Source: Thermoproteota archaeon (GTDB lineage Archaea; Korarchaeota; Korarchaeia; Korarchaeales; Korarchaeaceae). Taken from it: a stretch of DNA of 64,000 bases. Location of the stretch: the NCBI GenBank assembly GCA_027491395.1, contig JAOZFI010000043.1, positions 47,502 to 111,501 of the forward strand, read 5' to 3'. The number at the start of each line of letters is the position of its first letter. The stretch's first letter is position 1. Position numbers and translations under genes: made by a program. The notes under the pieces were generated by a model. The model searched no databases. It was not told the origin of the DNA and saw only the letters and a program-made list of their open reading frames with translations. Below, in pieces: positions 19,118 through 28,838 of this stretch.

Positions 19118-20183
19118 GTAACCACCTCCTCACCCTGATTAACGTGGTCTCCGTTCCGAATCCTCCCGCCTTAGTTACTATGGGCAGACCATCGAGCGGT
19201 CCACCCACTATCCATCCAGCGGCAAGCCCCTCCTCTGGAGGTTCCCCTATCTTTACACCTGTTATCCCCATTCCCTCTACCAATCTCTTGAGAGTCTCCC
19301 CACCTATCACCACCAACCCTTCAATCTCGTAAAGCAAACGGCGGATCTTCTCAAGGGTGCTGGGCTTCACCTTGGCTAGGCTGAAGCGAATTGCCGCATC
19401 TCCTCCCTCCCTAAGTACTCGGGCGGCCTCCTCTATACTGGAATTGTCAGCCTCCAGAACGGGTATCTCCTTTGAGAGGGCTTTGAGCTGCCTGACTGCT
19501 ACCTCATTCTCCGATCCGGATACGAATAGGATAGGACCGTTTGCTCTAGGGACCTCTCCCTTTTCCGCTCCTATCAACTGGGCCAGTTCCAGAGCTAGCC
19601 CTGCGCTACCTCCCATCACTCGATAGTCGGAAATCTCACGGAAGAAGAGGGACAGCGCCCTTCTGTCGGGGACCTCCTTGGCGATCAGAATACCCGAATC
19701 ATCCTCTCCCCAGTAACCCACCGTCAGATCGGGAGATGTGGCCCTCACTATCTCCTCTATCAAGGAGGAGACAATGGGTAGCTCTCTCACGTATTCCGTC
19801 TCCTCTAAGGGAACGCCTCGAACGTACAGTCGACCGTTTAGCACGATCCTTCCCTGCTCGGGGTAAGCCGGGGTGAAGGGCAAGGGGGATTCTAACATCG
19901 AAACTATGGGGCTCAGCTCGGCACCTATGTTCCCCCTCATGGTGGAATCCACCTTCTTGTACAGGTACCTCGGACTGGTTAATTCTAGAACGGCCTCTAA
20001 GATCTCTCTGATCCTCCTTTCAGCCTTCTCAGGGACGGCAAGCCTAGTATCGGTGCTCAAGGATACGCATTTCCATTTATATCCGGCGAATTCTCGGTTA
20101 AAGGCGACAAAAGAACCGCGCCCAAACTTAGATGCCGTGTCTAAAGCGCCAGTTAAATCATCAGCTAGGATCAGTACATCCAT
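19089..20183 (-). CDS. Four-carbon acid sugar kinase (DUF1537; DtnK/DenK-like)
   Basis: LADDLTGALD, YKKVDSTMRGNIGAE, PAYPEQGR, GGET, TKAGGFG. Confidence 0.9.
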   Translation of the reverse strand: MDVLILADDLTGALDTASKFGRGSFVAFNREFAGYKWKCVSLSTDTRLAVPEKAERRIREILEAVLELTSPRYLYKKVDSTMRGNIGAELSPIVSMLESPLPFTPAYPEQGRIVLNGRLYVRGVPLEETEYVRELPIVSSLIEEIVRATSPDLTVGYWGEDDSGILIAKEVPDRRALSLFFREISDYRVMGGSAGLALELAQLIGAEKGEVPRANGPILFVSGSENEVAVRQLKALSKEIPVLEADNSSIEEAARVLREGGDAAIRFSLAKVKPSTLEKIRRLLYEIEGLVVIGGETLKRLVEGMGITGVKIGEPPEEGLAAGWIVGGPLDGLPIVTKAGGFGTETTLIRVRRWLREADLDNDG

Positions 20184-20229
20184 CAGGGGGCTATGAGGGG
20201 AGGTTCCCCTAAAACAGTTGTCTAGGTAC

Positions 20230-20562
20230 TCAGGTAGTCAGCATGACTATGCTTATCTTGACGTCCTCGGGGATGGTGACCCCCATTATGCTCCTGATAT
20301 ACCTCTCGTCAGGGTTAGGAATGTCTATTATGCGCTTGTGGATCCTCAGCTCGTATTTGTCGTACCTGTTCGTCCCTTCACCCGAGGGATTCCTGAGAGC
20401 GGTAACCCTGAGCCTCTTGGTCGGCAGGGGTATCGGGCCCTTGACCCTGACCCCCATCTTCTCGGCCATCTCCTTGAACATCCTGCTCACTTGGTCCAAG
20501 CTCTTGGGATTGGTGCTGACCATCTCTATCCTCAGTACCTCGGGCATTTTACCACCACTCAC
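20230..20562 (-). CDS. rps10: 30S ribosomal protein uS10
   Basis: KGPIPLPTKRL, GEGT, RIHKRIID. Follows tuf. Confidence 0.95.
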   Translation of the reverse strand: MSGGKMPEVLRIEMVSTNPKSLDQVSRMFKEMAEKMGVRVKGPIPLPTKRLRVTALRNPSGEGTNRYDKYELRIHKRIIDIPNPDERYIRSIMGVTIPEDVKISIVMLTT

Positions 20563-20599
20563 CGGGACATCTCACTGCTAAATAAAAATGATGGAGGGT

Positions 20600-21868
20600 T
20601 TACTTCTTCTTCCTCTCCATCGGAACCACATCGAGCACTATGCCAGCTGCGACGGTCATGCCCATGTCCCTGACCGCGAACCTGCCGAGCGGCGGGAAGT
20701 CGCTGTACTTCTCTATCACGAAGGGCTTCAGCGGCTGGAACTTCACTATGGCGGCCTCTCCCCTCCTTATAAAGCTTGGGTTCTCCTCAATGACCTGACC
20801 ACTCCTCGGATCGATCTTCTTCTCTATGGATACCATTTTGCAGGCCATGTGTCCGGTGTGGGCGTGTATTACGGGCGTGTAGCCTGGAGCTATAGCGGTC
20901 GGGTGCTGCAGCACCACAATCTGGGCGGTGAACTCCTTGGCGACAGTGGGCGGGTTGTCAGGATGGCCTATGACATCGCCCCTCTTGATCTCCTTCTTAT
21001 CGATGCCCTTGATGTTTATTCCGATGTTGTCTCCGGGCTCGGCCTTGTCTAGCTTCTCGTGATGCATCTCTATACTCTTGACCTCCGCGGTCTTACCGAG
21101 AGGCTCTATGATTATGGTGTCACCGGGCTTAATCACTCCGGTCTCCACCCTACCGACCACGACGGTACCGACTCCGGTTATGGAGAACACATCCTGTATG
21201 GGTATCCTGAGGGGCTTGTCCACCGGCTTGGGTGGCGCGGAGAACGTGTCGAGCACCTCATAGAGAGTCGGACCGTTGTACCAAGGCATGTTCTCGCTCT
21301 TCCTGACCACATTGTCTCCCTTCAGACCGCTCACGGGGATGAACTGTATTTTGTCGGGGTCATACCCTACCTTCCTGAGGAGCTCGGCCACCTGAGACTT
21401 GACCTCCTCGAACCTCTCCTTGCTGTAGTTCACGGTCGGATCGTCCATCTTGGATATGGCGACAGCAAGTTGATTGACTCCAAGAGTCTTGATCAGGAAG
21501 ACATGTTCTATGGTCTGAGCTTGGACGCCCTCACCAGACTTGGCGGAGACCACGAGTATAGCGGCGTCGGCTTGGCTGGCCCCGGTGATCATGTTCTTGA
21601 CGAAGTCCCTATGTCCAGGGGCGTCTATTATCGTGATCATCTTATGTGGCGTCTCGATCTTGGTATGGAAGAGGTCGATGGTCATACCCCTCTCTCTCTC
21701 CTCCTTAAGCCTGTCCACGAGCCAAGCGAACTGGGCGTCAGCTGCCTGCTCCTCGGGAGGAAGCTCCTCCACTAGCTGGAGGTCGAAGAACATCCTCCCT
21801 ATCAGCGTCGACTTTCCGTGGTCGACGTGTCCCACGAAGATCAAGTTCACATGTTCCTTCTCGGCCAT
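20600..21868 (-). CDS. tuf: Translation elongation factor aEF-1alpha
   Basis: [54 protein letters not shown]. Confidence 0.97.
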   Translation of the reverse strand: MAEKEHVNLIFVGHVDHGKSTLIGRMFFDLQLVEELPPEEQAADAQFAWLVDRLKEERERGMTIDLFHTKIETPHKMITIIDAPGHRDFVKNMITGASQADAAILVVSAKSGEGVQAQTIEHVFLIKTLGVNQLAVAISKMDDPTVNYSKERFEEVKSQVAELLRKVGYDPDKIQFIPVSGLKGDNVVRKSENMPWYNGPTLYEVLDTFSAPPKPVDKPLRIPIQDVFSITGVGTVVVGRVETGVIKPGDTIIIEPLGKTAEVKSIEMHHEKLDKAEPGDNIGINIKGIDKKEIKRGDVIGHPDNPPTVAKEFTAQIVVLQHPTAIAPGYTPVIHAHTGHMACKMVSIEKKIDPRSGQVIEENPSFIRRGEAAIVKFQPLKPFVIEKYSDFPPLGRFAVRDMGMTVAAGIVLDVVPMERKKK

Positions 21869-21960
21869 CTTATCACCCTATCACCTACGGATATCTCTAC
21901 CGGTCCATGACTGTGCGCATTTTTAAACCTAAACGTAACCCCCGAATCTGAGGGCCGAAC

Positions 21961-22452
21961 ATGAAACCGATCGAATCCACTCTGGATAGTTACAGGGAAT
22001 TCACCGCTTGGATGGCGGTTATCCCGGCTCTCACGGTCTTCCTAGCGACCTTCCTATCCATGAGGATCACTTTGGTGAGTAGGGAACTGGGAGCCATGCT
22101 GAGCGTTCTGTTCATGGTGATAGCCCTCTTCCTCTTCATAATGTCTGACAGATATGTTAGGAGGATAGTATTCTCTGAGAACCTGAATGAGAGCGAGTTG
22201 GGGGCTCTGTACAGGAAAGCCGCTTACTACTCCGGTCTCATGATACCCTTAGTGGGCTTCATATCGGCCATACTCGTGGGTTACCCAGACGCGCCCTTCA
22301 CGGCACTATCTTTCATGATAATATCCCTCAGCGGCTTAGGATCCGCTTGGAAGAGGTTCTCCGACAAGATGACTGGAAAGCTGGTCCTCCCTAAGGGAGG
22401 ATCAGACGAGTCCTTCAAGGAAAAGAAGAGGAAGAAGAAAGGGAAGGACTAA
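21961..22452 (+). CDS. Hypothetical membrane protein (about 4 TM, basic C-terminal tail)
   Basis: Four hydrophobic segments and a KEKKRKKKGKD tail. Fills the gap between tuf and the mutase. Confidence 0.65.
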   Translation: MKPIESTLDSYREFTAWMAVIPALTVFLATFLSMRITLVSRELGAMLSVLFMVIALFLFIMSDRYVRRIVFSENLNESELGALYRKAAYYSGLMIPLVGFISAILVGYPDAPFTALSFMIISLSGLGSAWKRFSDKMTGKLVLPKGGSDESFKEKKRKKKGKD

Positions 22453-22456
22453 CCGC

Positions 22457-23800
22457 TCACATAGCTACGACCTTCTCCACTTCTCTCAAAAACTCCTCAG
22501 CTTTGGAGCGGTCGTCCGATTCCACGAGGACCCTTATCTTGGGTTCTGTCTTGGAAGGGCGTATCAGTCCCCAGACCTCCAGGTCGGAGAGTCGAACTCC
22601 ATCGGTCAGATCGATCTCCATACCTCTTCTCTCACCGAGAGATATGAGATCCCTCTTCAGCGAACTCCAGTCCCTCCTTTTCGGGAAGTTAGCTCTTATC
22701 GTGTGATACTTGGGGAGCTCGGAAACCAGCTCGCTTATGCTTCTTTTCTTGGAGGCCATTATCTCTAGAATGAGTGCCGCAGCAAGAGGACCGTCCCTCC
22801 CCATGTGGAAATCAGGCAGTATGACCCCTCCGCAGCTCCCCTCACCGCCCACCGTAGCACCTATCTCCCTCATCTTATGAGCCACGTAGGCCTCGCCCAC
22901 GGGGGTTCTGTATATCTTAGCACCCCTCCTCCTCGCAATGTCATCGAACATCTTGGAAGAGGCCACGTTCACCACGAGAGAGCCTCCGCCTCTCCTCTCC
23001 AAGATGTAGTCGACGACCAGCGCGAGGGTGATGTCCTCGGATAGTACCTCTCCACTCTCAGTTACAAGGGTAAGCCTGTCAGCGTCGGTGTCATGAGCGA
23101 AACCCACATCCGCTCCGGTCGATACAACGACCTTGGACAGGTCTCGTAGAGTATCAGGCCTAGGTTCCATCTCCCTGACGAATATCCCGGGAGACGAGTT
23201 CAGCGTGTTGACCTTACATCCAAGTGATTGGAAGAGGTAGGGCGTGACATAAGCACCGGCACCCCCGTTGACATCCAGCACCACCTTGAAGCCCGCCTCT
23301 GAGATCACCTCGATGCTAACGAAGTTCAGTAGGTCCTCTAAGTAGTCCCCAGTGACATCTACGACCTCCTCCATGCCTATATCGTTCCAAGGAACCGACC
23401 TGAATTCCTCCCTCTCGAACCTCTCCCTGAGCCTCTCCATGTCATCCGGATGGAGGAGGAGCCCACCTCTACCTATCAGCTTCAAGGCGTTCCATTCAGG
23501 GGGGTTGTGGCTGGCCGATATGATGATACCGCCATCCGCATCGTACCTCTCGACGGCCCATTCAATCGTGGGAGTCGGGGCTATGCCTATGTTGAGCACA
23601 TTGACCCCCGCAGAGAGCAGGCCTGACACGACCGCCTTGTCCAGTACGTACCCGCTGGGTCTTGTGTCCCGCCCAACGACCACCAAACTTCCCTTTCCTA
23701 GTTCCCTACCGAAGATGTTGGCTATCTTCTCGACTATAACCGAGTCGATGCCATCTCCGAATATCCCCCTTATGCCAAGGGGTGTGAATATCAGGGTCAT
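22457..23800 (-). CDS. Phosphohexomutase (GlmM or PMM/PGM)
   Basis: GRDTR, SASHNP, DTDADR, GGEGS, RPSKTEP. Confidence 0.9.
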   Translation of the reverse strand: MTLIFTPLGIRGIFGDGIDSVIVEKIANIFGRELGKGSLVVVGRDTRPSGYVLDKAVVSGLLSAGVNVLNIGIAPTPTIEWAVERYDADGGIIISASHNPPEWNALKLIGRGGLLLHPDDMERLRERFEREEFRSVPWNDIGMEEVVDVTGDYLEDLLNFVSIEVISEAGFKVVLDVNGGAGAYVTPYLFQSLGCKVNTLNSSPGIFVREMEPRPDTLRDLSKVVVSTGADVGFAHDTDADRLTLVTESGEVLSEDITLALVVDYILERRGGGSLVVNVASSKMFDDIARRRGAKIYRTPVGEAYVAHKMREIGATVGGEGSCGGVILPDFHMGRDGPLAAALILEIMASKKRSISELVSELPKYHTIRANFPKRRDWSSLKRDLISLGERRGMEIDLTDGVRLSDLEVWGLIRPSKTEPKIRVLVESDDRSKAEEFLREVEKVVAM

Positions 23801-25806
23801 TCGATCACCTCCCCCGCTTCCTCGCCTTCACTCCCTTTCCACCCAATCCTCTCCTGTGAAAAGGACATGTAGGCCTTGACAGAGGGCAGGATCACTGACA
23901 GCAGAATGATCACTCCGACGATGCTGGCTAGAGGCTCTAGCGGGCTCGACCTCATGATCACCACTAGGCTCGTCCCCATGATGTTGAGGACCCCTCCTAT
24001 GGCGAATCCCGCCACGAAGGGGACTGCAGTCTCCCAGAAGAACTCCTGACCCCCATATCTCCTAGTCAAATATCTGAGCAGGCTGGATATCATGTAGAGG
24101 ATGGCGTATTGGGGTATCAAGAGGCCGAACAGCACTCCAACGGCGCTTATGCCCAGCCATGGTACGCCTCCCCTCAGCAGGAAGACGATAGCTCCTATTG
24201 CGAGACCCTCCAAGAAGTACTCCGGCTTCCATCCAGCTAAATCGCCCATCACAGAGAGGAGACCCACATTCGGGTAGATGGGGGAGGCCATATCTAATGG
24301 CTTCTTCGCCGCTCCCCAGGCGTGGAACGATACCAGTAGAAGGACTCCTCCCACCACGGCTCCAAACAGGAGTCCCATGAGCTGAGCCCTGAACATCTCC
24401 CTGGCCCTCATACCTATGGATTTAGCGTATTTGAAGCTCTCCACCGAGGCAGTGGGTTGAGCTGACACAGTGTCGGTCATCATGGCTGAAGACGCGCCCG
24501 AGAAGAACGCATCGGAGGAGGCGCGCTGGAACATGCCTGAAGCGAAGAACGCGTTGTCCACGATGCCCCTGATTCCCAAATCCACTGGGATTATCCAGTT
24601 ACCCATTCCTATCGTCCACACGTAGCCGTGCCAGTACATGAGGTGCAGGATGACGAGCGCAAGGGCTATGAGCGGGCTGACCCCCAGAAGCATTATCATA
24701 AGGGTGCTGGCGGCGAAGGTGAGCAACCATCCAATCACGAGCCACTTTCTCGTTAGGGGCTCGTCCTCCCAGGCCCTCCAGCTATCCCTTATATATCTGT
24801 ACCCGAGTATGAGGGGGATGAGTCCCACAGCCAGATAGAGGCCCGTTGATATGTGATACCACGGAAGAGGCCCATTCACTGCAGCATTTGATGAGTAAAA
24901 AGCGAAATCATGCCCCGGTTCATAAGGCAAGAGACCCATTCTCACAAGTACGGGTGGAACCAAGAGGAAGGCCACTATGGCAGTCGCCCACATGGACACC
25001 TGAATCTCTAAAGGTATGAGAAACGCCCAAGCCAGCAGATCCGGGGTTATCTGGGTCCCGGGGTCCATGCCAAAGGCTCCTCCTGGGAAGAACTGCTGAA
25101 GCCAAGGTGTCAGATCGATCCTCAGCTCGGCAGCCGGGAAGTCCTCCCATATCGCTTGGAGGAGGTGTCCCTTCTGGAAGAGGCTGATGCCGAATCCAGC
25201 TAATAAGCCGAGCCACAGCCACCTGAGACTCTCTCCCCTCTCCTTAACCAGTTGGGAGAACTTGGCACTGACCGTGGCCACTGGAAAGATGAGTTTCTCC
25301 TTCTCTAAGTAAAATCTCCTGAAGGGTATGATGTTGAGGTAGGAAAATAGGGACAGGATCACAGCGAAGAGGATGGCGTAAGTTAAGGGGGGTATCCAAG
25401 CAGACCAGTTGATCCTCCCGCCCAGCAGCAGGGCCCTCAGTGCTTCCTGATCCTTGGGAACTAGGAACTCGGGGAGTATTCCCCTCAAGGGGAAATCCTT
25501 TGCTAGCCCAGCTCTGGCCCAAGATGGCAGGATGTACTGCCAACCGACGAAGAGTACTGTGATGACCTCTATGGACCCGAATATGACACCCATTTCCCCG
25601 ATAGACAAAGCATTTCCCTTCACAGTGGAGAGAGCGTAGGCCAAGGTGAGCACCACCAGAGCAGCCTCGCCGGTCCAGCTGTAGCCGGCTGCGCTCCTCA
25701 TGACCGTCTGGGCGAAGAGCATGAACAGGCCGAAGGCTAGGGAGAGAGTTATAGACCTGAAGGTGAATGCACCCCCAGTTAGACTACGTTCTTTCATTTC
25801 TTCCAA
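23797..25806 (-). CDS. Polytopic membrane protein, OPT/oligopeptide transporter-like
   Basis: Many TM helices and an EKLIFP motif similar to the OPT-type ExLxFP. Family assignment is tentative. Confidence 0.55.
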   Translation of the reverse strand: MEEMKERSLTGGAFTFRSITLSLAFGLFMLFAQTVMRSAAGYSWTGEAALVVLTLAYALSTVKGNALSIGEMGVIFGSIEVITVLFVGWQYILPSWARAGLAKDFPLRGILPEFLVPKDQEALRALLLGGRINWSAWIPPLTYAILFAVILSLFSYLNIIPFRRFYLEKEKLIFPVATVSAKFSQLVKERGESLRWLWLGLLAGFGISLFQKGHLLQAIWEDFPAAELRIDLTPWLQQFFPGGAFGMDPGTQITPDLLAWAFLIPLEIQVSMWATAIVAFLLVPPVLVRMGLLPYEPGHDFAFYSSNAAVNGPLPWYHISTGLYLAVGLIPLILGYRYIRDSWRAWEDEPLTRKWLVIGWLLTFAASTLMIMLLGVSPLIALALVILHLMYWHGYVWTIGMGNWIIPVDLGIRGIVDNAFFASGMFQRASSDAFFSGASSAMMTDTVSAQPTASVESFKYAKSIGMRAREMFRAQLMGLLFGAVVGGVLLLVSFHAWGAAKKPLDMASPIYPNVGLLSVMGDLAGWKPEYFLEGLAIGAIVFLLRGGVPWLGISAVGVLFGLLIPQYAILYMISSLLRYLTRRYGGQEFFWETAVPFVAGFAIGGVLNIMGTSLVVIMRSSPLEPLASIVGVIILLSVILPSVKAYMSFSQERIGWKGSEGEEAGEVIE

Positions 25807-25828
25807 GAGATTCCCCTCCTCTCACACC

Positions 25829-26584
25829 CTAGATGATCAGTCCACCTTTAATACTTAGGTACTCGTCGGTCATCGACCGAGAGAAATCCCTCTTAACTCC
25901 TTCCGACTCCCTCAGGGTATCCACAACCTCCGGCAGGGGAAGCAGGTATCCCAGCAGGGAGATCATCTCGGCCTCCCTCCCCATCACTTTCACGGAGCTG
26001 AGAAGAACATTCACAGAGAAGATGGAGTGGGGAAAGGACACGGGCAGAAAGGCGCACAGATCTTGCAGGTATATATCTTCACCGGAGATACCAACCACCC
26101 TGGAGGATCTGAGGAGAGACTCTTTGACCTCCCCCAAGCTTAAATTTTCTCTCAGCTTCACGGCCAGACGGAATGCCCTGAAGTACGGGCAGCAAAACAG
26201 TTCGTCGCTTATCCCCTCGACGGAGATGTCCTGAAGGGGGAGACCCAAGGATAACCTCTCGAGCAGTACCTCATATGGCCTCACGACCATGCCGGAGCTG
26301 CCGTAAGAGATCCTTACGGAGTATTCCCTAGAGCTATACTCCAAGAAGGCATCGGTCCCCTCTATGAAATCATCTAGGAATCCAGAAACCTTTACCCCCA
26401 TCTCTTTGAAAGGCTCTAGGCTGGACTCACTGCAGTAGATATCCAATCTCTTGGAAATCGGTCTGGAGAATGGAGTTATATCGTGATTGTAGGCTCCGAT
26501 TACCTTGATGTCCGGCTGCCTCTCTAAACAGTCGGCAATGGGGATAGTATAGGGATCATGGCCCACTATCCCTACTCTCATCAT
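25829..26584 (-). CDS. Degenerate archaeal (type II) GAPDH homolog, probable pseudoenzyme
   Basis: N- and C-terminal similarity to type II GAPDH (RVGIVG..., QPDIKVIG, PEVVDTLR...LSIKGG), but no GxGxxG and no SCNT motif. 251 aa. Overlaps the pgk stop codon. Confidence 0.65.
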   Translation of the reverse strand: MMRVGIVGHDPYTIPIADCLERQPDIKVIGAYNHDITPFSRPISKRLDIYCSESSLEPFKEMGVKVSGFLDDFIEGTDAFLEYSSREYSVRISYGSSGMVVRPYEVLLERLSLGLPLQDISVEGISDELFCCPYFRAFRLAVKLRENLSLGEVKESLLRSSRVVGISGEDIYLQDLCAFLPVSFPHSIFSVNVLLSSVKVMGREAEMISLLGYLLPLPEVVDTLRESEGVKRDFSRSMTDEYLSIKGGLII

Positions 26585-27798
26585 CTCCTACTACTCTCCC
26601 TGAGAGCGTCTACGGCTGGCAGGGGGAGGCCAGCTAGCCCGTAGAGCACGGCCCCGCCAGCCGTGTAAACCCTGCTACCCTTTATCCCGGCCATGTTGGC
26701 TGCAGTGCTAAGGTGCCCGCCGCAAAGTACGGACTCCTTTGCATACTTTTCCATGGCCTTAACTATCTCCAGAGTACCTCTCCGGGATTCTGGCCTCTCG
26801 AAGATGCCCATTGGACCGTTAGCCACGGCCAAATCGGCTCCCTTTAATCTCTCCTTATATATCTCTATAGTACCCGAGCCTATGTCTGTTATCTTGCCTT
26901 CCTCCGGTACGGCGTAAACTGGCACATTTTCCAAGCTACCGTCCCTCATCTTCACGACGAAGTCGACGGGGTAGAATACCCTACCCTCCCCCAGCTTCAG
27001 TATTTCTCTAGCGGCGGGCAGAAGGAGGTCCAAGTCCCTTATCTTCTTGAGATCCCCATTGAGCTTGTGACCCGCTGCATGGGCGATTATGATGCCAAGA
27101 AGCCCGCCAGTCAGGACCTCTGCCGCCTTCCCGTTCCTGATGGCGTGAACCATGACTTTCAACTTGTCACTAACCTTGGCACCTCCAAGTATGAATATCC
27201 TCCTCCCCTTGATCGCGTCGATCTCGGCCATCTCAGCTATCATCTTCTGCATGTTCCTCCCGGCCGCAGCTGGCATTAAATAAGGGAATGCGACCAGAGA
27301 TGGTTGACTCCTGTGCGCAGCCTGGAAGGCATCGTTGATGTATATATCGAAGAGAGGCGCCAGTCTCTGGACGAAGTGTGTCTTGATGAGATCCCGAGGG
27401 TCTCCCTCTATATTCTCCTCCGCCATGAACCTCAGGTTCTCCAGCAGGAGGACCTCACCTTGCCCTAGCTTCTTTATCTGCTCCCTTATCTCCTTGGATA
27501 TGACGCCATCTACGTATCTGACCTCCAGATCCACCTCCTTACTGAGCTCTCGTGCGTGGGGTTCCGTGCTTATGAAATCGCTGCTTCCGGGTCTTCCTTG
27601 ATGGGTGCCAATGACCACGGAGGACCCCCTCTCTATGAGTTCCTTGAGGGTCTTAGCTGCCTGCTTTATCTTCTCGTTGTTCATTATTTCTCCATTCTCC
27701 CCGATGGGGACATTCATATCAGCCCTTAGGAAGACCTTCTTGCCATCCAGAGAGAGATCATCAAGCGTCAAGACCTTCCTCGATCTCAAGGACGCCAC
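26581..27798 (-). CDS. pgk: Phosphoglycerate kinase
   Basis: RADMNVP, HQGRPG, LLENLRF, NDAF..AHR, LGGAKVSD, NGPMGIFE. Confidence 0.92.
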   Translation of the reverse strand: MASLRSRKVLTLDDLSLDGKKVFLRADMNVPIGENGEIMNNEKIKQAAKTLKELIERGSSVVIGTHQGRPGSSDFISTEPHARELSKEVDLEVRYVDGVISKEIREQIKKLGQGEVLLLENLRFMAEENIEGDPRDLIKTHFVQRLAPLFDIYINDAFQAAHRSQPSLVAFPYLMPAAAGRNMQKMIAEMAEIDAIKGRRIFILGGAKVSDKLKVMVHAIRNGKAAEVLTGGLLGIIIAHAAGHKLNGDLKKIRDLDLLLPAAREILKLGEGRVFYPVDFVVKMRDGSLENVPVYAVPEEGKITDIGSGTIEIYKERLKGADLAVANGPMGIFERPESRRGTLEIVKAMEKYAKESVLCGGHLSTAANMAGIKGSRVYTAGGAVLYGLAGLPLPAVDALRESSRR

Positions 27799-27897
27799 CT
27801 CGCGGTTCTCCCTATTATGGAACCCGACCAGCGAAAAATTAAAAATTCATATAGTTTAGACCATACGCGCGTCATATTCAGTTAAAAGTATTGATAG

Positions 27898-28713
27898 TCA
27901 CTCGTTGAAGAACTCGTCCAAGGCTTCTCCGCAGGGACAAGATCTCTCGATTGGTATCTTCCCTACTGTCCTCCTGAGGATCTCTGAGAGATCGTTTATC
28001 CTCTTGGAAAACGTCTCTAGGACTTCCTCATGTGTGAGTTTCACCCTGCCGCCTACGCCTGCCGCGTAGTTAGTTACCACGGAAATGCTAGCGTAGCACA
28101 TGGCAAGCTCTCTAGCGAGCGCAGCCTCGGGACACCCGGTCATCCCAACTATGTCACCGCCCAAGATCCTCATGGCTCTTATCTCAGCTGGTGTCTCAAA
28201 CCGGTTTCCCTCTGCGCACACGTAAACACCCTTATCTACAGTCTCCAAACCCAGCTCCTGAGCCGCCTCCTTTAAGGCTCCCCTTATCTCCGGGCAATAG
28301 GTATGGGGTGTCATGGATACGTGTACCACTCCCCCCACTTCCCTTCCCCTGACCTTGAGAATTGTTTTTCCATCATAGAACGTTACCTCCCTACATTTAG
28401 TTAAATCTATGAAATCATCGGGGATCACGAAGGTACCGGGAGCCAGCTCTGGGTCGATCGCCCCCACAGCGTTAGTGGCCATGATCCTCTCAACCTCTAA
28501 CAGGTTCAGAGCGTATAGATTAGCCCTGTAATTAACTTTGAAGGGAGGGATCTCGTGCTTCTCACCGTGTCTGGGTATGAATGCTATCTCCTCTCCCCCG
28601 AACTCCCCTAGGAAGACCGTCACATCACCGAAAGGGGTGCCCAGTATTCTTCTAACAGGACTTTCCAGCAACCTGTAAATACCACTGCCTCCTATTATCC
28701 CTACTCTTACCAT
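27898..28713 (-). CDS. MTAP-family nucleoside phosphorylase, probably 6-oxopurine or methylthioinosine specific
   Basis: GIIGGSG, PRHG, NYRAN, RFETPAE, VGMT. VTNYAAG has Asn where MTAP has VTDYD. Confidence 0.85.
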   Translation of the reverse strand: MVRVGIIGGSGIYRLLESPVRRILGTPFGDVTVFLGEFGGEEIAFIPRHGEKHEIPPFKVNYRANLYALNLLEVERIMATNAVGAIDPELAPGTFVIPDDFIDLTKCREVTFYDGKTILKVRGREVGGVVHVSMTPHTYCPEIRGALKEAAQELGLETVDKGVYVCAEGNRFETPAEIRAMRILGGDIVGMTGCPEAALARELAMCYASISVVTNYAAGVGGRVKLTHEEVLETFSKRINDLSEILRRTVGKIPIERSCPCGEALDEFFNE

Positions 28714-28838
28714 ATTGGGCCCTCTCTTAACTCCTTTGTTTTCTACAGGATGTGGTAATTTTTATAACTCATGGTCGTCTATGACTCATGCCTGTATTTG
28801 GCAAGTGTAAAGTCGCATAGCACAGGAGGTGATTGTTG

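Noticed and set aside
16833-20230. Integrated element at tRNA-Ser (an accessory operon abuts the tRNA 3' end)
   Set aside because: No integrase, no duplicated tRNA 3' end near 20183-20230, and no obvious compositional shift.
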